Assembly (NCBI GenBank): GCA_965659445.1
Contig: CBFHWX010000001.1
Location: 1,876 to 65,875, forward strand
Source of the DNA: Limisphaerales bacterium
GTDB lineage: Bacteria; Verrucomicrobiota; Verrucomicrobiia; Limisphaerales; UBA1100
Direction of reading: 5' to 3'
DNA: 64,000 bases
Below the pieces are notes generated by a model. That model was given only the letters and a program-made list of their open reading frames with translations. It ran no database searches and had not been told where the DNA came from. Every line of letters starts with the position of its first letter. Position 1 is the stretch's first letter. A program made the translations under genes and the position numbers. This document shows positions 18,633 through 26,200 of this stretch, piece by piece.

Positions 18633-19613
18633 ATGAAAAAGACAATCAACATCATCATATTTGGGCTGTTAATTCTCATCTTCGGCTCCTACATGTTCAC
18701 CTTTCAGGTGAGGCAGGATCAAGTGGCCTTCTTATCGAAAAGCGGCAGCGCGGGCAAACCCATCGAGAAAACCGGGCTGCATTTCAAGTTGCCTTGGCCG
18801 TTCATGCAAAAATATATCTTCGATAAGCGTATTCGACTGGAAACCAATGATTATGAGGAGATGACCACCAAGAATGACACGGCCGTGGTGGTGCAGATAT
18901 ATTTCGGATGGAAAATTGATGAGGGTGGCGCCCAAAAGTTTTTTGAAGCCTACAAAGGTACTGATGATGAGGAGCAATTGAAAACCGCACGCAAACAAAT
19001 CAAGGATGCTGTTCAGGAAACCGGCAAGGAAGTAATCAAGGACTATGTAACCAGCGTTGGCTATTTCATTTCGAACGATGAAAACCCGGAAGATTCACAA
19101 ACTGAAGGAAGCGAGGACCGTCAGACTTTTAAAGAAACAGAAGATAAAATTCTGGAAAATGCCAACAAGCGTGTCACCAGTCAGGGAGTGAAAATTACTT
19201 TTGTGGGAATCCGTCGGGTGGGTGTGCCACAAAGAAACCTGGACGTGGTGTTGGATGCCATGGTCACCGAATGGATGAGTAAAGCGGAAACGGAAAAGGT
19301 GAAGGCCGATTCCATGGCGGCCACAATCAAGAGCAACGCGCTGAACGAACGAATTGCGGCGATCAATACGGCGAAGATCCAGGCGGCCAGTCAGGTAAGT
19401 GAGGCACAGGAGAAGGCCAAGAAACAATTTGAGTCATTTAAGAAAGATCCGGAGTTGGCGTCATTTCTGATGCAATTGGACGCGCTTGAAAAATCAGTCA
19501 AGGACCAGACTACGCTGATACTTGATGAAACGATGGGGCCTTTCCCAATTTTACGCGGTCTCAAACCCTATCTTAAATCCGGAGAAACCGGCTCCCCGAT
19601 TAAGCCTGAATAA
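18633..19613 (+). CDS. HflC-like SPFH-domain protein (326 aa)
   Basis: N-terminal anchor INIIIFGLLILIFGSYMF, then VRQDQVAFLSK, GLHFKLPWPFMQKYIFDKRI, GVKITFVGIRRVGVP, a coiled-coil region and KKDPELASFLMQLDALEKS. This matches the HflC layout as I remember it (GLHFKIPF ... KDPDFYAFIRSLRAYE). Confidence 0.7.
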   Translation: MKKTINIIIFGLLILIFGSYMFTFQVRQDQVAFLSKSGSAGKPIEKTGLHFKLPWPFMQKYIFDKRIRLETNDYEEMTTKNDTAVVVQIYFGWKIDEGGAQKFFEAYKGTDDEEQLKTARKQIKDAVQETGKEVIKDYVTSVGYFISNDENPEDSQTEGSEDRQTFKETEDKILENANKRVTSQGVKITFVGIRRVGVPQRNLDVVLDAMVTEWMSKAETEKVKADSMAATIKSNALNERIAAINTAKIQAASQVSEAQEKAKKQFESFKKDPELASFLMQLDALEKSVKDQTTLILDETMGPFPILRGLKPYLKSGETGSPIKPE

Positions 19614-20830
19614 TGCGCATGAGCGACCCCGAAGAAAAACAGTCGGAGATGGAGCCGGTAGATATCGGTAATGAGGCCAGTTCACAGGCCATGGATGCTG
19701 CTTTGCAGAGCAGCTTTGTGATTCTCAAGGTTGTTATCGCAGTGCTCGCCGTGTATCTGGTTTTTTCCAACACTTTTTCCGTCGTGGAGGGTAAGCAAGG
19801 TGCGATTATTTTACGTTTTGGTGAGTCTCGAACCAGTACAGAAGATGTGTGGAAACCCGGCATTCGTTTTGCCTGGCCCTTTCCGATTGAGGAAAGGGTT
19901 ATCATAGACGCGGTAAGTCCGGTAACTACGGCTTTTGCCTGGACCCAATATCCGAAAGTCGATGATGGCATGCCCGATGATGATCCCGGTAAATACCCTA
20001 ATATTGTAGCGCGGGACCCTCGTCAGGGATATCTGCTAACCAAGGATAACAAAGCCATTCATCTCAAAGCAGAGATGAGATATGAGGTCACTGATTTTGA
20101 TCGGTTTGTGTTCGGGTTTTATAAAAAAGATGAAAACAAGGATGAACCAACTGATGCTGAAAGGACTCTGGAACACATGTTGGAAAGTGCTCTTACGCAT
20201 GCGGCTTACGAACGCACACTGGAGGAGATTCTGAATCCCAATCGTATTCCCAAGGAGGCAAGTGACCGCGATACCTTTCAGAAGAAAGTTGAAAAACGCG
20301 TCGCAATCTTGATGGAGCAATATGACCTGGGAGTGAAGTTGAAAGACCGGGTCACCATCAGTTTTGGAAACAGCGAAGAAATGGAATCCATTCCCGTAGG
20401 TCGAGGTGTGGAAGACCCGGCCTCGCCGGAAGCCCAACCGGGAGCCCGCAAGAGCCGAAAGAAGTTCACAGAGCAAGCCAGTGATACGGTTAAAAGAATC
20501 AAGGACGCCGAGCGCGAGGCTCGAATGCGCTACCCATTACCAAGCAAAAGCGGGGAATTGGCCATCATTGCTAAACAGGCGGAGAATGAAAAGAAAGCCC
20601 TGCTCCAATCTCTGGAAGCGACTGCTAAACGTTTTGACAGTATTTATGAGAAATTTTCCGACCCCGCCGCCCGCCACCGGCACATGGAGGAACTGTATTA
20701 CCAAACCATTACGCGCATTGCCCAGGACACAGACGTGAAAATATATCTCGTTCCCAAAGGAGATGAGAACCAACCCACGCGTCTGCGATTACAAATCAAC
20801 CAACCGCCACCCAAGCGTAACAATAATTAA
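19613..20830 (+). CDS. HflK-like SPFH-domain protein (405 aa)
   Basis: Anchor helix VILKVVIAVLAVYLVF, then VVEGKQGAIILRFGE, GIRFAWPFPIEERVIIDAV, IHLKAEMRYEVTDFDRF and the C-terminal HMEELYYQTITRIAQDTDVKIYLVP (compare HflK RERLYIETMEKVL). The ATG shares one base with the upstream TAA. Confidence 0.65.
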   Translation: MRMSDPEEKQSEMEPVDIGNEASSQAMDAALQSSFVILKVVIAVLAVYLVFSNTFSVVEGKQGAIILRFGESRTSTEDVWKPGIRFAWPFPIEERVIIDAVSPVTTAFAWTQYPKVDDGMPDDDPGKYPNIVARDPRQGYLLTKDNKAIHLKAEMRYEVTDFDRFVFGFYKKDENKDEPTDAERTLEHMLESALTHAAYERTLEEILNPNRIPKEASDRDTFQKKVEKRVAILMEQYDLGVKLKDRVTISFGNSEEMESIPVGRGVEDPASPEAQPGARKSRKKFTEQASDTVKRIKDAEREARMRYPLPSKSGELAIIAKQAENEKKALLQSLEATAKRFDSIYEKFSDPAARHRHMEELYYQTITRIAQDTDVKIYLVPKGDENQPTRLRLQINQPPPKRNNN

Positions 20831-20839
20831 ACGGTCATT

Positions 20840-22813
20840 ATGCCTGCTGAGGAAAACGAAAATAACGAGGTCGAATTGAACCAGGCCGCAACGACGGTGA
20901 AGTTCATGTTCGCCGGTATTTTGTTTGTAATCAACGGCTTCCTTGCGGATGTGTTTTTAGGTAAGGAATCCAATGTAGGCGATTTCAGCGCAATGATTGG
21001 CGCGTTAATACTCGGAGTCCGTGTGTTTCGCACCACGATTAAGGATCTTCAGCAAGGCCTTCTTACCACAAACGAGCTTGTGGCTATTGCTGTGTTGGCA
21101 ACATTCAGTTATGGCCAGTATCACGCGGCCGGATTGGTGGCGTTCTTCATGTTGCTGGCCGAAATGATTGAATCACGCACGGCCTCGGGTGCGCAGGAGG
21201 CCATTCGCCGCCTGATGAAGATGACGCCGACCAAGGCGCACCGCATCACTTCGGACGGGGAAGAGGAGGTTTCGGCCAATGACCTCGCAGTAGGTGACCG
21301 TATTCGCGTGCGGCCCGGAGACAACATTCCTGCGGATGGTGAGATTCTTACGGGTACCGGCTCAATTAATCAGGCTAATATCACAGGGGAATCGTTACCT
21401 GTTGAGAAGCGGCCCGGAGACATGGTCTTTCAGGGTACCATCAATAATGATGGGGTACTGGAAGTTAAGATTACCAAGGTGGGAGTGGAGACAGAGTTTG
21501 GCCGCGTGCGCGAATTGATTATTCAAGCGGCTCAATCCAAGACACGGTTTGAAAAAATCGTCGACCAGTACATGGGATTTTATACGCCGCTGGTCCTGGT
21601 AATTGGAGCGCTCGTGTGGGCGTTTACACAGGACTTGGAGCGGGTGATTTCAGTCTTCATTGTTTCAAGCCCGGTGGCGTTTATTTTGGCGACCCCCACG
21701 GCGATGGTGGCCGCAGTGGCCACAGCCTCACGACTGGGCATTCTCATTAAACAGGTTAGTGATATTGAATTGGCGGCGCGGATTAATGCGTTTGTTTTTG
21801 ATAAAACCGGAACCATAACAACTGGTACGTTGAAGGTGAGCCAGTTACGCCCGGAGGGTGATGTGAAGCCGGCAGAGCTGCTTTTGGCCACAGCTACTGC
21901 AGAGCAATACAGCAATCACCCCACCGCCAAGGCTATTATGACCTTGGCGAACGAAGCTGGGTTGCCACTTTCTGAGCCGGAGGATTTCAATGAGACCGCC
22001 GGTAAAGGTGTGCGGGCAAAGGTGGACGGCGCAGAGGTGTTGGTGGGCCGCGAAATGTGGCTTGAGGAAAACAAAATCAGTGGTGACTTCAAGCAATCAG
22101 TGGATTTGGATGAGGCGGAAGGTTATAGTTTGGTTTATGTGGCCCGCGATGGAAAGTTTATTGGCTGGATAGGAATGACTGATGAGATTCGAGAGGAGGC
22201 CGCAGAGTCCCTTGAGGAACTTCGTTTGGAAGGCGTGCGGCGGCTGATGATTGTTTCCGGCGATCGCACACCTGTTTCTGAGCGAGTGGCCGCTGAAGTG
22301 GGATGTGAAGAGGTGAAGGCGGATTGTTTCCCCGGCGACAAGGTGGATCACGTGCAAGCCATGCGTAAGAAAGGTTACAAGGTTGCCTTTGTGGGTGATG
22401 GTGTGAACGATGCTCCCGCTTTAAAGGCCGGTGATATCGGCATTGCGATGGGCGCAGCCGGTAGTGATGTTGCGGTGGATTCTGCGACCATTGCGCTGAT
22501 GAACAATGATCTCAGGCGCCTGCCTTTCCTGATGCACCTTTCGCGTATGACCCGTTCAGTGATTAACCAGAATTTTATTTTTGGGGTGCTCTTTGTGATT
22601 GTTGGTCTGGTCATGGCCGCCTTTAAATGGATTAACCCGGTTAGCGCAGCCGTCCTCAATGTAATGGGATCGTTGATTGTTGTGTTTAATAGCGCGCGAT
22701 TGGTGCGTGAAGGTGAAGAGTTCGAAGTTTTCGAGGAAGGCGAAGAGGAACAAGAAATATCCGGTGCAGCCGAGATTACGGAAACATCCAGAATGGCCAC
22801 CGAGGCCGTATGA
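20840..22813 (+). CDS. P-type ATPase, P1B-like core, no N-terminal metal-binding domain and no CPC motif
   Basis: ITGESLPVEK (TGE), FVFDKTGTITTG (phosphorylated Asp), SNHPTAKAI (HP dipeptide typical of P1B) and VGDGVNDAPALKAGDIGIAMG. The helix that normally carries CPC reads VSSPVAFILATPTAM. Confidence 0.85.
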   Translation: MPAEENENNEVELNQAATTVKFMFAGILFVINGFLADVFLGKESNVGDFSAMIGALILGVRVFRTTIKDLQQGLLTTNELVAIAVLATFSYGQYHAAGLVAFFMLLAEMIESRTASGAQEAIRRLMKMTPTKAHRITSDGEEEVSANDLAVGDRIRVRPGDNIPADGEILTGTGSINQANITGESLPVEKRPGDMVFQGTINNDGVLEVKITKVGVETEFGRVRELIIQAAQSKTRFEKIVDQYMGFYTPLVLVIGALVWAFTQDLERVISVFIVSSPVAFILATPTAMVAAVATASRLGILIKQVSDIELAARINAFVFDKTGTITTGTLKVSQLRPEGDVKPAELLLATATAEQYSNHPTAKAIMTLANEAGLPLSEPEDFNETAGKGVRAKVDGAEVLVGREMWLEENKISGDFKQSVDLDEAEGYSLVYVARDGKFIGWIGMTDEIREEAAESLEELRLEGVRRLMIVSGDRTPVSERVAAEVGCEEVKADCFPGDKVDHVQAMRKKGYKVAFVGDGVNDAPALKAGDIGIAMGAAGSDVAVDSATIALMNNDLRRLPFLMHLSRMTRSVINQNFIFGVLFVIVGLVMAAFKWINPVSAAVLNVMGSLIVVFNSARLVREGEEFEVFEEGEEEQEISGAAEITETSRMATEAV

Positions 22814-22829
22814 CTTACGTTATCGTCCT

Positions 22830-24053
22830 ATGACCGAGAATGATTTAGAGGAAACCATCACAGCCCCCGCTGAAACGGATGAGATCACGGAGGTGGTGCA
22901 GGTGCGCGGGCTGGTAAAAGTGTTCGAGGATTTCTGGGGTCGCCCAAAGGCTAAGGCGGTGAATGATGTGGACTTTGAAGTGCGACAGGGTGAAGTGTTT
23001 GGTTTGCTGGGTCCGAATGGCTCCGGTAAATCTACAACCATCAAAATATTACTCGGCCTGTTGAATCCAACGCGCGGGTTTATTCGCATTTTTGACCAAT
23101 CCCCCCGTGATGTGAAAACCAAGGAGCGTATCGGATATCTTCCTGAGGAATCCTACCTATACAAATATCTGAACTCCGAAGAAACTCTTGATTTTTTTGG
23201 TGGATTATTTGCGCTGGATCCCAAAGAGAAAGCCCGCCGAGAAGAGCAACTGCTCGAGATGGTGGGATTGAAAGCGGTGCAATTGCGAACGGTGGGTGAG
23301 TTTTCCAAAGGTATGCAACGACGCATTGGTTTGGCGCAGGCGCTGATCAATGATCCGGATTTGGTGATCCTTGATGAGCCGACCAGTGGTTTGGATCCGG
23401 TGGGCTGTCGGGAAATTAAGGACCTTATCCTCAACCTCAAGGCACGCGGTAAAACAGTGATTCTCTCAAGTCATCTGCTGGCTGATGTGGAAGATGTTTG
23501 CGATCGGGCCGTTATTTATTACGGCGGAAAGATCCAACAATATGGTACCCTTGATGAATTGCTCACCGAACGCGATTCTATTCGGTTCACCATGCCGGCC
23601 CTCTCAGAAGAGGCGCAGCATGAAGTGTTGAGCGTGATCAATAAACATGTCAAAAGTGAAGACGTGCACGTGGATAATCCCACACAGAATCTTGAGAGCT
23701 TTTTCCTCAATGTTGTGGAGGATGCCATCACCAAGGATGAGGAAACTTCCGGGTCCACTTCCGGCCATGAAGTTGCCGAGTTTTTGCGAAGCGATGCGCC
23801 GGTGCAATCGCAGGCTGAGAAGATGTTGGATCGACTGGCTGACAAGGAAGCCTCCAAACCGAAACCCAAGATTGAGAAGGAAGTGCCGGAGTTCGAACAA
23901 CCCAAGGTGGACGAGAAGAAGCTTGAGTCCCTCTCGGAAGCTGAGAAGTCCGCCTCGCCAAAAGTGAAAGCGCCAACGAACAAGAGTACTCAAGAGCAAA
24001 AGAAAATGGATGAGGCCGATGATAAACTATCCGACCTGTTGGGCGGGGATTAG
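22830..24053 (+). CDS. ABC transporter ATP-binding protein with an acidic/lysine-rich C-terminal tail
   Basis: Walker A GPNGSGKSTT, Q-loop, signature FSKGMQRRIGLAQAL, Walker B LVILDEPTSGLD and H-loop SSHLL. The last 110 aa or so are low-complexity (KPKPKIEKEVPEFEQPKVDEKK). I chose the ATG at 22830 (MTENDLEE) because the track start at 22677 overlaps the ATPase gene. Confidence 0.85.
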   Translation: MTENDLEETITAPAETDEITEVVQVRGLVKVFEDFWGRPKAKAVNDVDFEVRQGEVFGLLGPNGSGKSTTIKILLGLLNPTRGFIRIFDQSPRDVKTKERIGYLPEESYLYKYLNSEETLDFFGGLFALDPKEKARREEQLLEMVGLKAVQLRTVGEFSKGMQRRIGLAQALINDPDLVILDEPTSGLDPVGCREIKDLILNLKARGKTVILSSHLLADVEDVCDRAVIYYGGKIQQYGTLDELLTERDSIRFTMPALSEEAQHEVLSVINKHVKSEDVHVDNPTQNLESFFLNVVEDAITKDEETSGSTSGHEVAEFLRSDAPVQSQAEKMLDRLADKEASKPKPKIEKEVPEFEQPKVDEKKLESLSEAEKSASPKVKAPTNKSTQEQKKMDEADDKLSDLLGGD

Positions 24054-24064
24054 GAGGGTTCGCC

Positions 24065-26200
24065 ATGAAACAATCTAAGCTTCTACTTGTTGTCATATTG
24101 GCGATTTTGTCTCTCGTAGCGGTTGTTGTCTTGTACCAAATTTACCCTTCAAGATGGATAATATATTCATATGTGGGGATTCTTATAGCAGGCATTTTCT
24201 TCTCAGTGGTCAGTTCGACTTACCAGAGGCAGTCTGAAACACTCATTTTACATACCGCAGGGCTAATTGGGCTGGTGGCCATTGTAACTGTTGTTAGTTA
24301 TTTCGGGGGTGGGCTGTGGTTGGGGGCCCTGGGATTGCTCGCCCTGATCGCGTTGATTGTCTACTGTATTTTAGATTCCCGCACGCGCACCATCTCGCGT
24401 CTCACTTGGAAAGCCGCCTTTCGGTTTCGTTTCTTCTGGGTTATGGCAATTCTGCTGCTTTTTTCCGTGGTGGGTTTGCCTATGATGATCAAGGGCGATG
24501 GCACGGCTGAGGGGTTAACTCAAATCCTTATTACTTACACGCTCAGCACGATATTTTTCATCCTTGGCACAGGCACTCTTTGGCTTTCAGCAGGCACCAT
24601 GGCGCGTGATATCGAAGATTCACAAATGCAAATGATAGCCACCAAGCCAATTGCCCGGTGGCAGATCTGGATGGGCAAATGGATTGGCATCATGGCCTTA
24701 AACGTGACATTGCTGGTGATGGTTGGTGTGGCGGTTTTCGGAGTGGTGGAATACCGGGCCTATCGACTGACTAATGAGGAATTTAACCGCATAAAGGATC
24801 AATCTGATAAAGAGGTTTTTAAAACAGCGCTCAAAGCGGGTATTGATGTTTTCCAGCGCGATGAGGCAACTCTTGGATTCGTTAAGGCTTCGAAGGATCA
24901 ACCGTTGCTGGAACAATCCAGAAGTACATTCTTCGGGACTCGAGAGGGTTTCATGATCAAGGAGTTTATTGATAAAAATAAAGTCCAACCTTTGCTGAAG
25001 CCAATGGAGGAATTACGGCGTGAAGTAGCGGGACTGGAAGAGAAGAGATTACGGAAGCAAGTGCTGATCGGTCGTGCAAAAATGACATTGAAAGAAGTGA
25101 AATTTGCCCGGACACCGGAAACAGTGGTTCCGCTGAAGGAAAGCTATGAATCGCAGATTGAGGAGGAGGTACGGTTCCAAATCGAGCAGGAAATGGCCGA
25201 TCGCCTGGAGGTGCAGCGGCGCATACAATCTGAGGGGGGTTCGTTCGAAGTGCCAAAGGAACTTTCGGAGGCTGAAATGAATGTCTTTCAGGCACGTGCA
25301 GAATTGATGTTGAGGACTAGAATGCAGGTGTTGGAACCAGGTCGTGGGTTTCAATTCCAGTTTACCAAGCCATTAGGGTTTGATTTGCCGGAAGATCAAC
25401 GTCTCATATTACAATTCCAATTTACAGACGCTCGCCAGCCTACCAGTGATGAGGAATATGGAGTCATGTACATGTATGGACCCGAAAGTCGTCCAGATGT
25501 GGAATTAGTTCCTCGTCAATTGACTGCCCGAAGGACTCATCAAGTCTACCTGCATGGGCACACGGTGGATACGAACAATGTAATACAGAGTATATTCGGC
25601 GACGACCAAACGTTTTGTGTCACATTAGTCAATGCCACTCATCGCTCGGGCCAGTATCCACGGCCAGCTTTATTGAAGCTTCCTTTCATTAACGAGATGA
25701 CCGGGGAAATTGATCCCTCCAAAGTGCAACTAATGTATCGCGAGTCTGGATTTGCCATCAATTTTATACGGGCTCTTGGTATTCTTTTAGCGTGGCTTGG
25801 GATTTTTGCGGCTTTGGGATTGTTCGCAGCTGGTTTCATGTCTTTCCCCATGGCGGCATTCTCTTGTCTGGCAGTGCTGGGTATCTCCTTATTTAGCCCG
25901 GTGATGAAGGAAGTTTTGGATGATGGCACCATTATGAATACTTATACCCTTGGTGAGCGAGATAGATCTGTTGTGGATTGGTATGCGATACCAGCGTTTA
26001 CTCTGCTGGTTACACTTATAGATCCGGTGAAGGATTACTCACCGATTAGTAGTTTGGCAGAAGGCGAGAGTGTCACGTGGGGTGAATTAGCCAAGGCCTA
26101 TTCCTTCATATGGGGTGTTTCCGGCTGGCTGTTGGGGCTTTTCGGTGCGATTATATTCTCAAGAAGACAGCTGGCCATCAACGGAGCACAAGCCCCATGA
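24065..26200 (+). CDS. ABC-2-type permease-like membrane protein with extra N-terminal helices and a large soluble insertion (711 aa)
   Basis: GGAGGG lies upstream of the ATG. About 4 extra N-terminal helices precede the ABC-2-like signature ARDIEDSQMQMIATKPIARWQIWMGKWIG. A soluble insertion of about 330 aa follows (coiled-coil-like EELRREVAGLEEKRLRKQ), then C-terminal helices. Confidence 0.55.
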   Translation: MKQSKLLLVVILAILSLVAVVVLYQIYPSRWIIYSYVGILIAGIFFSVVSSTYQRQSETLILHTAGLIGLVAIVTVVSYFGGGLWLGALGLLALIALIVYCILDSRTRTISRLTWKAAFRFRFFWVMAILLLFSVVGLPMMIKGDGTAEGLTQILITYTLSTIFFILGTGTLWLSAGTMARDIEDSQMQMIATKPIARWQIWMGKWIGIMALNVTLLVMVGVAVFGVVEYRAYRLTNEEFNRIKDQSDKEVFKTALKAGIDVFQRDEATLGFVKASKDQPLLEQSRSTFFGTREGFMIKEFIDKNKVQPLLKPMEELRREVAGLEEKRLRKQVLIGRAKMTLKEVKFARTPETVVPLKESYESQIEEEVRFQIEQEMADRLEVQRRIQSEGGSFEVPKELSEAEMNVFQARAELMLRTRMQVLEPGRGFQFQFTKPLGFDLPEDQRLILQFQFTDARQPTSDEEYGVMYMYGPESRPDVELVPRQLTARRTHQVYLHGHTVDTNNVIQSIFGDDQTFCVTLVNATHRSGQYPRPALLKLPFINEMTGEIDPSKVQLMYRESGFAINFIRALGILLAWLGIFAALGLFAAGFMSFPMAAFSCLAVLGISLFSPVMKEVLDDGTIMNTYTLGERDRSVVDWYAIPAFTLLVTLIDPVKDYSPISSLAEGESVTWGELAKAYSFIWGVSGWLLGLFGAIIFSRRQLAINGAQAP

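Noticed and set aside
16620-20830. Search for the usual SPFH partners (an NfeD-type gene or ftsH) next to the three SPFH genes
   Set aside because: None of the flanking ORFs shows an NfeD OB-fold or ClpP-like pattern, or the AAA-plus-HEXXH motifs of FtsH. The absence is reported under findings rather than as a feature.
22677-22829. 51-aa N-terminal extension of the ABC ATPase ORF overlapping the P-type ATPase gene
   Set aside because: The extension overlaps 137 nt of the upstream gene in another frame. The conserved ABC domain begins just after the M at 22830.
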